From: Caldisericia bacterium
Lineage (GTDB): Bacteria > Caldisericota > Caldisericia > JAAYUI01
Direction of reading: 5' to 3'
Assembly (NCBI GenBank): GCA_963674785.1
Contig: OY771555.1
Span: 1,472,001 to 1,536,000, forward strand
DNA length: 64,000 bases
Shown here: piece after piece, positions 1 to 8,893 of the stretch
Numbering within the stretch: the first letter of the stretch is position 1
How the letters are laid out: the number at the start of each line of letters is the position of its first letter
Translations under genes and position numbers: made by a program
Notes under the pieces: model-generated
The model's input: the letters and a program-made list of their open reading frames with translations, nothing else
Database searches by the model: none
Told to the model about the DNA's origin: nothing

Positions 1-1
1 G

Positions 2-295
2 CACAAAGGCTCATACAATCTTCTTGATCCATTCATAGAAATTGGCACTGGTTCGACATACTTTTGCATGACAACAAATAAAGCACAAGAAGACGTCAGT
101 TTTGATGATGGAGTTGTGAGGATTGGGCATGTAGCAAAGGCTGGTGCAGATTACTTGAATACTTTGTTTACTAAAGATGAAGCAGGCTCAGCACAACCGT
201 GGACATTTTCTGCATCGATTTTAAATGGAATACTTGCTAAATACAATATTCTTGGCGAAATGATAATGAGATGGTTTGAAGTAAACAATGACTAA
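2..295 (+). CDS. 3' end of a probable third, more divergent paralog of the downstream lipoproteins (truncated by window edge)
   Basis: Frame open from base 2: ...LLDPFIEIGTGSTYFCMTTNK...VVRIGHVA resembles LSSEFMEVGTAAMTYSLLTRD...IQVGDIGWA in 430..1593. Confidence 0.6.
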   Translation, partial: HKGSYNLLDPFIEIGTGSTYFCMTTNKAQEDVSFDDGVVRIGHVAKAGADYLNTLFTKDEAGSAQPWTFSASILNGILAKYNILGEMIMRWFEVNND

Positions 296-376
296 ACTAT
301 CGATAGCGAGCCATAAAAACTGTTTCTAGAAACTTCTTTTTTGTTAATATGCAATAATGATTGAATAAAACCATCA

Positions 377-406
377 TCCCCCAAGGAGGAATAGCTCCTT
401 GGGGGA
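377..406. other. Perfect 12-bp GC-rich hairpin in the leader of the lipoprotein gene
   Basis: TCCCCCAAGGAG-gaatag-CTCCTTGGGGGA; no U-tract, just upstream of the SD AAGGGAG. Confidence 0.65.
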
Positions 407-429
407 GAAAGATATAAAGGGAGTAAGAA

Positions 430-1593
430 ATGAAAAACAAAAAAACATTTATTTTACCAGTAATTCTTCTGGTTTTAGTTTTTGTCGTATCCTGTGCAAC
501 AAAGGAAACCTTAGTGCTTGAAAACATAACAATATCAACTGATTCACATCCAGAATTTGTTCTAAAGAACACAGACAATCTTTCAGAAGAGCAACTCAAA
601 AAGGATGAAAAAATAGCATCTGCCCTCAACAAAGCCCTTACAGACTACCCAGAACTCTCAACCATGCTTGAAGCAGATATGATAGATGGAGGAAGCAACA
701 GTTACATCTATGAAGGTTCAGAACCATTCTTCAAAACATTGAATGAATTTACAAATGAAAACTACAAAAAAGCTAAATCAATGTTCCCAGACATAACCTG
801 TGAAGAATTCTACTACTCGGTAGCGATTGGGTATGGGATTGCAAAATCAACCATGATTGAAGAAACAACTATAGAGAATATTTTTGAGTATGAGACTTCT
901 GATGGATCGAAAAGTCCTGAGACTCTAACCATTAAACCATCATTTGATGACGTAATGGTGCATGCCTTCTGGGCATCATATTTTGGTGAAAGGTTTGAAA
1001 CAAACCTGAGTTTTGACCAAACTGACCCTACTGTTTATGATGAAATCATAAAAAACAATCCTGATCCAGATGTTTATGGTCAGTTGATTCTCGATACTCC
1101 TGCGAATCTTGAGATGATGATTAAAAGTCAGATCATGTTTATCCCAATAGCTCATGAATATGAGAAGTGGTGTGCTGAAAAAAAATTAGAAACCAGAACC
1201 AGGAATATAGTTTCTGTAGGGATAAGATATGGTGGTAATGATGTTCTTACCAGACCTCTAAGAGAAACTCTAAACTCATTCGGACTCTCTGACAAGCCAC
1301 ATGATTTGAGTAGTGAGTTTATGGAAGTTGGGACTGCTGCTATGACATATTCATTATTGACAAGAGACAACTCGAGTAAGAGCGGTGGTGGAATACAGGT
1401 AGGGGATATAGGTTGGGCAACCGTTAGGTACGCTGATTATTATGGTGCATCTGGTTTCAGAACCGGTTATAAACTTATAACTGCCAACGCATTAGTTCAG
1501 TTTGCATCTTTATGCAAAATAAACTTAGGCGGAAACATCGTTCAATGGGCATATACAAATGAGATTACTGGATCTGGGAGACTGGCTAAATAA
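430..1593 (+). CDS. Uncharacterised lipoprotein, paralog A
   Basis: 387 aa, SD upstream, basic N-terminus plus hydrophobic stretch plus VVSC lipobox; colinear with next ORF. Confidence 0.85.
   Translation: MKNKKTFILPVILLVLVFVVSCATKETLVLENITISTDSHPEFVLKNTDNLSEEQLKKDEKIASALNKALTDYPELSTMLEADMIDGGSNSYIYEGSEPFFKTLNEFTNENYKKAKSMFPDITCEEFYYSVAIGYGIAKSTMIEETTIENIFEYETSDGSKSPETLTIKPSFDDVMVHAFWASYFGERFETNLSFDQTDPTVYDEIIKNNPDPDVYGQLILDTPANLEMMIKSQIMFIPIAHEYEKWCAEKKLETRTRNIVSVGIRYGGNDVLTRPLRETLNSFGLSDKPHDLSSEFMEVGTAAMTYSLLTRDNSSKSGGGIQVGDIGWATVRYADYYGASGFRTGYKLITANALVQFASLCKINLGGNIVQWAYTNEITGSGRLAK
952..1171 (+). repeat. 220-bp direct repeat, copy 1 (identical to 2213..2432)
   Basis: Base-by-base identity from GTAATGGTGCATGCC to GAGAAGTGGT, offset 1261. 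Confidence 0.9.
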
Positions 1594-1681
1594 GTGAGTC
1601 TATTTACAAACCATACCAATGTTTGCATCTTTTTATATCTTTAATGAGGAAAATAATCAACGGAGGGTATTGAAGAATAAC

Positions 1682-2860
1682 ATGAAAAGATCAACATCAA
1701 TAGCATTATCTGTATTGCTGATCATAACATCATTTACCATGTTCATCTCATGTGGTAATGGTGAAACAGTGGATAATAATGAAACCTGTTCATTAGATGG
1801 TATCTCCATATCAACAAATGAAGGTGGGGGAACACTGTTCATCTTAGATGAAAAAGGCTTATCTGATGAAATACTTAAACAAAAGAAGAACATCACAGCA
1901 TCTTTAAATGAAGCAATATCCAAGTATCCAAACCTAAGTGAAGTACTCAGTGATGACGAGAAGAATCAATCATCTTTCCTTAAAACAATGCCGTCCTTTT
2001 CTGATGAAAACTTCAAAAAAGCACAATTAATGTTCCCAGACATCACTGAAGAACAGTTCTATTATCACTCGGCTATTGGATATGGGATTGCAAACAAAGC
2101 AGTAATCGAAGAAATAACAATCGGCAATGTCTTTGATTACATAACCAATGCAGGAACAGAGAATGAAGAAAAGAGTCCGACAACCATTACTTTAAACACA
2201 TCATTTGATGATGTAATGGTGCATGCCTTCTGGGCATCATATTTTGGTGAAAGGTTTGAAACAAACCTGAGTTTTGACCAAACTGACCCTACTGTTTATG
2301 ATGAAATCATAAAAAACAATCCTGATCCAGATGTTTATGGTCAGTTGATTCTCGATACTCCTGCGAATCTTGAGATGATGATTAAAAGTCAGATCATGTT
2401 TATCCCAATAGCTCATGAATATGAGAAGTGGTACAAAGAAGAAGATATAACCAAAAAAGAAAGAGATGAGTTTTCAACAGGCATCAAATATGGTGGCAAC
2501 AATGTTCTTACAAAACCTCTCAGAGAAACACTAAACTCATATGGACTTTCAGATAAACCTCGTGACCTTAGTGATGAGTTTATGGAGATCGGAACAACTG
2601 CAATGACATATTTGCTACTAACACAAGATAATGCAAGCAAGAGTGGCAATGGCACCCAAGTAGGTGATATGGGTTGGGCAAGTGCAAGGTTTATTGCATT
2701 CTATGATCGATCAGCTGGGTATGATTTATTAGTTGGGGAGATGTCTTTTGAATTTGCTTTAGATAAAGAATTCGTTTCTGGCGGAAACCTTCTTGATTGG
2801 GCATGGTCAGATGAGAAAAATCTTGGTGGAACAGGTATGCTCGAAAATAAACCTAAATAG
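1682..2860 (+). CDS. Uncharacterised lipoprotein, paralog B (start at MKRSTS preferred over 1619)
   Basis: MKRSTSIALSVLLIITSFTMFISC signal/lipobox; strong similarity to 430..1593. Confidence 0.85.
   Translation: MKRSTSIALSVLLIITSFTMFISCGNGETVDNNETCSLDGISISTNEGGGTLFILDEKGLSDEILKQKKNITASLNEAISKYPNLSEVLSDDEKNQSSFLKTMPSFSDENFKKAQLMFPDITEEQFYYHSAIGYGIANKAVIEEITIGNVFDYITNAGTENEEKSPTTITLNTSFDDVMVHAFWASYFGERFETNLSFDQTDPTVYDEIIKNNPDPDVYGQLILDTPANLEMMIKSQIMFIPIAHEYEKWYKEEDITKKERDEFSTGIKYGGNNVLTKPLRETLNSYGLSDKPRDLSDEFMEIGTTAMTYLLLTQDNASKSGNGTQVGDMGWASARFIAFYDRSAGYDLLVGEMSFEFALDKEFVSGGNLLDWAWSDEKNLGGTGMLENKPK
2213..2432 (+). repeat. 220-bp direct repeat, copy 2
   Basis: Identical to 952..1171. Confidence 0.9.
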
Positions 2861-2949
2861 AGATAAGACCAAAAGATATATATCACACATCATAAATTGC
2901 TCTTTTTTCTTCCTTATATATTTATATTTCGATTTTCTTGTCGAGTTGC

Positions 2950-2977
2950 TTGACTTATCAAAATTAGTTCATATTCT
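2950..2977 (+). promoter_or_regulatory. Putative sigma70-type promoter of MATE gene
   Basis: TTGACT-N16-TATTCT. Confidence 0.5.
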
Positions 2978-3014
2978 AACCATATCTAGCCAAATAAACT
3001 AATTAGGTGAATTC

Positions 3015-4424
3015 ATGAACAAGCGAAAAAATATCAATGATCCAGAAATAATGGGAAAAGAATCTATTGGGAGACTTCTTTTTAGGTTTTCAATGCCAGC
3101 AATTATAGCGATGATGGTGCAAGCGGTCTATAATGTTGTGGATAGAGCGTTTATTGGGCATTATGCGGGGTTGAATGCCTATAACGGGATTTATGTAGCA
3201 TTTCCAATTATGATGGGTTTGATGGCGATAGCTCTCCTTTTTGGCATCGGTGGTTCCAGTCTTTTTTCAATCAGACTTGGTGAGGGCGACAGAACTGGAG
3301 CGATGAAACTCCTTGGAAATACGACTATGATGCTCATCCTTTCATCAATATTGGTTACAATACTCGGGTGGGCTTTTGCAGAACCACTTCTAAAACTTTT
3401 TGGGGCATCTGAAGAGACAATGCCTTATGCGATCCAGTATATCAGGATAATTTTCTCTGGAAATATTTTTATGATGCTTGGGATGGGATTAAACAACTTC
3501 TTAAGGGCTGAGGGAAAAGCAACAATTGCTATGACAACAATGCTTATTGGAGCGGTTACAAATATGATTTTTGATTATCTCCTCATTGTTGTTCTTGGAT
3601 GGGGAACGGCGGGGGCTGCTTGGGGAACCGTTTTTGCGAGAATTCTAGTCTGTTGTTGGATCTTTTATTATTACTTCTCTGGACGAGTTGCGGTGCCTTT
3701 TAAGGTTTCGATGATGAAACTGGAATCAAAAATCATTAGTTCTGTGATGGGACTTGGAGTCTCGGCTTTTTTCCAGCAGATAAGCATGGTTATAATGACC
3801 GCAGTTTTAAATAACGTTCTCCTCAGACTTGGTGGAGATGTTGCAATAGCCGTTATGGCAACTGTTTTTTCTGTGATGGTAATGATATATCTTCCAACAA
3901 TGGGTATCGCTCAAGGAGCTCAACCAATATTTGGGTTCAATTTTGGTGCTAAGAAGTATGCAAGACTAAAAAAATCGTTGATAATATCTGCTGTTGTTGC
4001 GTTTTCCTTTGGTTTTGTTGGGTTCCTAGTTGTAAAACTTTTTTCTGCTCAATTAACTCAGATATTTGTCTCGAGCAGTTTGCCCAATGGTGCTGAGGTA
4101 ATCTCGATGACAGCAAAGGTCATGCCGATATTTTTGATGGTGCTCCCATTGACTTCTTTACAGGTTATTGGTGCGGGTTATTTCAGGTCGATTGGGAAGG
4201 TGTGGCATGCGATGGGACTTGGGCTTCTCAGGCAGTTCATCTTCTTTATTCCGATACTGTTTATCCTGGCAAGCAGATTTGGGCTTGATGGTGTTTGGTA
4301 CACTGGCCCTCTTGCTGATGTTTTGGCGTTTGTTGTGACAGGAATGTTTATGATCATAGAGATAAGAAAACTCAACAAAAACATTGACGAAAAAATCTCA
4401 AATCTAAAAGAAGAAGTGCTTTAG
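3015..4424 (+). CDS. MATE family efflux transporter (MepA-like)
   Basis: 469 aa, many TM segments; FSMPAIIAMMVQAVYNVVDRAFIG, NMIFDYLLI, QGAQPIFGFNFGAK motifs. Confidence 0.93.
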   Translation: MNKRKNINDPEIMGKESIGRLLFRFSMPAIIAMMVQAVYNVVDRAFIGHYAGLNAYNGIYVAFPIMMGLMAIALLFGIGGSSLFSIRLGEGDRTGAMKLLGNTTMMLILSSILVTILGWAFAEPLLKLFGASEETMPYAIQYIRIIFSGNIFMMLGMGLNNFLRAEGKATIAMTTMLIGAVTNMIFDYLLIVVLGWGTAGAAWGTVFARILVCCWIFYYYFSGRVAVPFKVSMMKLESKIISSVMGLGVSAFFQQISMVIMTAVLNNVLLRLGGDVAIAVMATVFSVMVMIYLPTMGIAQGAQPIFGFNFGAKKYARLKKSLIISAVVAFSFGFVGFLVVKLFSAQLTQIFVSSSLPNGAEVISMTAKVMPIFLMVLPLTSLQVIGAGYFRSIGKVWHAMGLGLLRQFIFFIPILFILASRFGLDGVWYTGPLADVLAFVVTGMFMIIEIRKLNKNIDEKISNLKEEVL

Positions 4425-5164
4425 TTAGGAAACTTTGCGACAACTACTGTTACGTTGTCGCTTCCACCTTTTGACAAAGCAGCACTAACAAGTTTTTCTG
4501 CGGATGTCTTAGGGTTTTTATACTTCTTTATAGTTTTTTCTATTTGTTTATCAAGAACATGTTCAGTAAGACCGTCTGTGCAGAAGAGCATGTATTTTGT
4601 GTCTTCAAAAGGAATACAGAAATAGTCAGGATTAATTTTTTCTGATATACCTATTGCCCTTGTTATTCTGTGTCTGCTTGGATGATTTTTAACCTCATTT
4701 TCCTCAATTTTTCCTACAGAGAGCATTTCATGAATCCAGGTGTGGTCAGTCGTTATTTGTTTAAACTCATCTTTTTTGTTGATCAGATATGCTCTGCTAT
4801 CCCCGACAGAAAAAACATGAATATAGTCTCCCAAGATTATGCCCATTACAATCGTCGTGCACATGCCAAATAGTTCTGGTCTTTCGATACTTGAGTTGTA
4901 AATATTGTTGTTTGCTTTTTCGATTGCGCTTATGGCAGTAGTTTTTATGTTCTCGGTTGTAAGGATTTTTGATTTAATCTCTTCGGCGATTATTCTTATC
5001 GCGAGGAAAGATGCCATTTCACCAGCAGCCCTTCCACCGACACCGTCGGTGACCATGACGATGTATGGCCGACCGTGATGATCAGGACGAATTATCGAAA
5101 AATGATCTTCGTTCGCTTCCTTTACTTTTCCTTTGTGTGAATGACCGTCTAGCACTATCGACAT
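4421..5164 (-). CDS. PP2C/PPM family Ser/Thr protein phosphatase (Stp1/PrpC-like)
   Basis: NED, DGVGG..GEMAS, GDSRAY, T.DH, ITRAIG, CTDGL, DNVTVVV motifs all present. Confidence 0.95.
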   Translation of the reverse strand: MSIVLDGHSHKGKVKEANEDHFSIIRPDHHGRPYIVMVTDGVGGRAAGEMASFLAIRIIAEEIKSKILTTENIKTTAISAIEKANNNIYNSSIERPELFGMCTTIVMGIILGDYIHVFSVGDSRAYLINKKDEFKQITTDHTWIHEMLSVGKIEENEVKNHPSRHRITRAIGISEKINPDYFCIPFEDTKYMLFCTDGLTEHVLDKQIEKTIKKYKNPKTSAEKLVSAALSKGGSDNVTVVVAKFPN

Positions 5165-5245
5165 ATTGTCATCTCATTATGAGGACTCTTTCTTATTTAT
5201 GCAACCCCACTTTCATTTTTTATATATGTTTGTATAATGTGTCGT

Positions 5246-8200
5246 GTGACACATAGAATAATCGGTGATAGGTTTGAACTTAAAAAAAGTTTGAATGAAA
5301 ACCAAACTCTTTGGGAATCGATTGATATTGAGTCTGGAGAAACTGTTCTTATTAGGTTGCTTGATATTTCAAAAAACAGTTCTAGGGGATGGGTTAGACT
5401 CGAATCGAATCTTGAGGAGATAAAAAAGATTGACAGTCAATATGTTGTAAAGACCATCGAATGGGGGGACTGTTCAGAGGGGAAGTACATCGCCATGGAG
5501 TGGTTTGATGGACAGACCTTATCCGAAACAAAACTAGATTTAGCCGATTCGGTCGAGGTTTTGCTGGCTGTTGCGAAGGGATTAAAAGACCTTACCGATA
5601 ATGATGTGATTCATCCCTCCATTTCTGCAAACAAGGTTCTCGTCTCAAGCGATGCAGTTAAAATCTCTGGTTACGATACTCTGATTTCAAATAGAACAAA
5701 AATAAAAAGGATTCGACCTAACGAAATAATCGACACACTTCAGTGGGTGGCTCCTGAGATTCTTACAAAAAGAAAACACAATGTTTTGTCGAACATCTAC
5801 AGTTTCGGCTTATTGGCATATTTTATACTGACTGGAGAGCTACCCTTTAAAGATACAAATCCAAATAGTCTTGTTTGGTCGATCAAGAATTCAACTCCAG
5901 TCCCAGTTTCAAACCTTAATCCTGCAGTTCCGATAACGCTTGAAAACTTGATTCGAAGATTGCTTCACAAAGAGCCGTCATCAAGAATTCAGTCATTTGA
6001 AGAGATAATAAAAAGGCTCGAAAAAAGTTTGACAGAACTTGGAAATAAGTCTTCGATAAGTATTGCAACTGGACTGATGATAAACCGAGGAAGACTGATT
6101 GGTAAACACAAAGAACTTTCTTCGGTTGGAGATGAAATAAGGAATCCATCTGGTAATGTGATTTTGCTTTCAGGCGAGAAAGGGTCTGGGAAAACAAGAT
6201 TTCTACAGGATATAATTAACAATGCGAGAGAGCTTGATATCGATATACTTAGTCTGAATTGTGTTCCATCTATGAAATCAAAATCCTGGTCAGGCTTGGG
6301 GCAAATCATTGAAGAGATAATTGAGGACAATGGAGTTGGTGTAATCGGTAGATCTAAATACAAGGATATTTTCTCGATTATTTATTCCGAGTTCAGCTCG
6401 AGATCAATTCTGATATCCTGCGAGAGTAACTTTGATAAACAGTCTTGGCCAAAACAGCTTGAGATTGCTTTTCCACATTTATTGAAGGAAATTTATAAGG
6501 ATAAAAGAGTGCTTCTTGTTGTTGATGGAATTGAGAATTGTGACAGGGAGACGATTGACTTAATTGGTAAATCTTTAGTTAGCAAAAAACAAGAAAAAGT
6601 AACATCAATTCTTGCTTGTGATGAGGAATTTGTTTTAGAACTTCAAAACAGAATGGGTGTGAAAATAGACTGCAAAATGGTCGAACTTAGACCTCTTTCC
6701 CCTAGCCAGTCTCATGAGATGATTTTAAGCAGTTTGGGTAATTCTGAGATACCCCATTATGTAATTGACACCTTACATACAAAATCGAAAGGGAATCCAT
6801 TAAAACTGCTCCAACTAACAGTTGACCTTGTTTCGAACAAGAAAAACATCATTACTGGGGAAATGCTAGATTCATCGCTTATACCCTCAAGTTTTGAAGA
6901 GATAGCAAAGTTAAGGATTGATGGACTGGCTCTAAAACAGAAGGAAATTCTTTCCGAGGCGGCGGTTATTGGTGAGTCTTTTTCTGAGGGTTTCCTCATT
7001 GAAATCTCTTCAAGTCCCAGGTCGCTTGTTGAGGAAGCTCTTGATTTGGCAGTTATGGCAATGATTTTGACAATGGTTAAAACTGCAAATGGGTTTAAAT
7101 ATCAGTTTGTTTTTTCTGAGCTGCGAGACTATTTGCTTTCATTGATTAACAATGAGCTAGGTAAGCAATTACATGACCGGGCTCACAAAGTAATCAAACG
7201 GGTTTGTGGGGGTAATCTGGATTACAATCTGGAAGAATACGTTTGCCATGTCATGCAGGGAAGCGACCAATCAATGGCGATTCCTCATCTAATGAAGTTA
7301 TCTGTAAAGCTATTGAATGATTCGAGACTTTCAAAAGGTATTGAATATGCAAAGCTAGCAAAAGACCTTGCTGTAAAATCTGGGATAATATCATTCATCA
7401 TAGATTCAGCGATCAACTATTCAAATCTGATGATACTTGAAGGAGATATTGAATCCTCTAAAACGATTCTTTACGGTACACATCGGGCAATGACTCAGGC
7501 TGGTGCGGATGTTTTTAGCGAGGTGAAGCTACTTATTGCAATTGCCAATTTCGAGACAAGATTTGGGGCGATATCAGCATCCGAAAATCAGATAAGAAGA
7601 GCGTACTATAAGCTGGGTAGAAATATTGACAATTCTACTCTTATAAAGCTCCATATCCTTGAGAGTATGAATAATTTTCATATCAATATGGAGACTTCAA
7701 TCTCCCATGCTGATCGAGCTTATGCTATTGCTAAGAAAAATCCCACCTCGGTTCTGAGATGTGGAGCTTTAAGAAATAAAATGACCATATCAACTTTTCT
7801 TGGAGATTTTTCTGATTCAAAAGAGTTGCTAGACGAGATCAGAAGGTACCCAAGAATAGGTGATGGACAGGTTGAGTGTGATTTAGGAACTTCGATCCGA
7901 GAAATAGAGCTTGCTATTGAGTCGGGAGAATATGAGCTTGCTGAGGAACTTATTAACAAGTATCGAGATTATGCAAGAAAGATAGGATCAAGAGTACACA
8001 TAGCTTATAGCCTGTATCTGAAATCGTTAAATCTTTCGCACAAGGGGAGATTGAATCTATCACTTAATTACTCTTTCGATGCATTAGAATTGGCAAGGAA
8101 AATTGGTTACAATAGACTGATCGGAAAAATATTGGTGAATATTGGCTGGGTTTACGTTCATCAAGACAAAATTCTAAAAACTCGTAATGTTATTGAAGAA

Positions 8201-8893
8201 TGCAGAGATTTTGACCGAAAAACAGACGAGATATATAAAACTGAGGGATTGAAAAACTTAGATGGTTGGTGTTCCCTTTTTGATGGTAATCATAAAAGGG
8301 TAATAGAGATGATCAATAAGGTTAACGAACCTGGAGCAAACTTCAAAAGAACCGATATTTTTGATTCAAGAGTTTTGAAGGCAGTCCTTCTGATGAGAAA
8401 TAATGAGTTTAAGGACTCTCTTAAGGAAATCCAAGAAATCAAAAAAGATTTTGAGGACATTATCCACTATCCGACATATTCATGTGAAATCAAACTCCTT
8501 GAAGCAGATCTTGGCTTATCAATGCTTGATGATTCTTTCAAAAAAATGAAATCAAGAAGAAACACAAAATCATTTTTTTCTAGGATTGGCTTGAGTAATG
8601 TTGATCAAAAGAAGGTCACTGAGACCATTATTGACCAAGCATATATTGAGGCCATTTCATCAGGTCTAGAACTTTATTCAGTGTTAGCTCTGATGGCCAG
8701 AGTAAGATTTCATCTAATCATGTTTGACTATGAAGAAAAGGATAAAAAACAGCATCTTGATAAAATTAAGGAGCTTATAGACATCATCTCTGAGCTTTCA
8801 AGTCAGATGTTCAATCCAAAGCTAACTCAGCAGATGGGGGAATTGGTTGCTGAGTACAATTTAAGAGAAAACCTCTTAAAAGGCTTGGTGTGA
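5246..8893 (+). CDS. Pseudokinase - AAA/STAND NTPase - TPR-like protein (GTG 5246 preferred; ATG 5237 overlaps the -10 box)
   Basis: Kinase fold remnants (IAMEW, APE, IYSFG, LTGELPF) but no Gly loop, VLIR, HPS for HRD, no DFG; Walker A GEKGSGKT; GNP motif; helical repeat C-terminus. Confidence 0.85.
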   Translation: MTHRIIGDRFELKKSLNENQTLWESIDIESGETVLIRLLDISKNSSRGWVRLESNLEEIKKIDSQYVVKTIEWGDCSEGKYIAMEWFDGQTLSETKLDLADSVEVLLAVAKGLKDLTDNDVIHPSISANKVLVSSDAVKISGYDTLISNRTKIKRIRPNEIIDTLQWVAPEILTKRKHNVLSNIYSFGLLAYFILTGELPFKDTNPNSLVWSIKNSTPVPVSNLNPAVPITLENLIRRLLHKEPSSRIQSFEEIIKRLEKSLTELGNKSSISIATGLMINRGRLIGKHKELSSVGDEIRNPSGNVILLSGEKGSGKTRFLQDIINNARELDIDILSLNCVPSMKSKSWSGLGQIIEEIIEDNGVGVIGRSKYKDIFSIIYSEFSSRSILISCESNFDKQSWPKQLEIAFPHLLKEIYKDKRVLLVVDGIENCDRETIDLIGKSLVSKKQEKVTSILACDEEFVLELQNRMGVKIDCKMVELRPLSPSQSHEMILSSLGNSEIPHYVIDTLHTKSKGNPLKLLQLTVDLVSNKKNIITGEMLDSSLIPSSFEEIAKLRIDGLALKQKEILSEAAVIGESFSEGFLIEISSSPRSLVEEALDLAVMAMILTMVKTANGFKYQFVFSELRDYLLSLINNELGKQLHDRAHKVIKRVCGGNLDYNLEEYVCHVMQGSDQSMAIPHLMKLSVKLLNDSRLSKGIEYAKLAKDLAVKSGIISFIIDSAINYSNLMILEGDIESSKTILYGTHRAMTQAGADVFSEVKLLIAIANFETRFGAISASENQIRRAYYKLGRNIDNSTLIKLHILESMNNFHINMETSISHADRAYAIAKKNPTSVLRCGALRNKMTISTFLGDFSDSKELLDEIRRYPRIGDGQVECDLGTSIREIELAIESGEYELAEELINKYRDYARKIGSRVHIAYSLYLKSLNLSHKGRLNLSLNYSFDALELARKIGYNRLIGKILVNIGWVYVHQDKILKTRNVIEECRDFDRKTDEIYKTEGLKNLDGWCSLFDGNHKRVIEMINKVNEPGANFKRTDIFDSRVLKAVLLMRNNEFKDSLKEIQEIKKDFEDIIHYPTYSCEIKLLEADLGLSMLDDSFKKMKSRRNTKSFFSRIGLSNVDQKKVTETIIDQAYIEAISSGLELYSVLALMARVRFHLIMFDYEEKDKKQHLDKIKELIDIISELSSQMFNPKLTQQMGELVAEYNLRENLLKGLV

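Noticed and set aside
952-2432. Diversity-generating retroelement TR/VR pair
   Set aside because: Copies are identical rather than differing at adenines, both are mid-gene, and no reverse transcriptase is in the window
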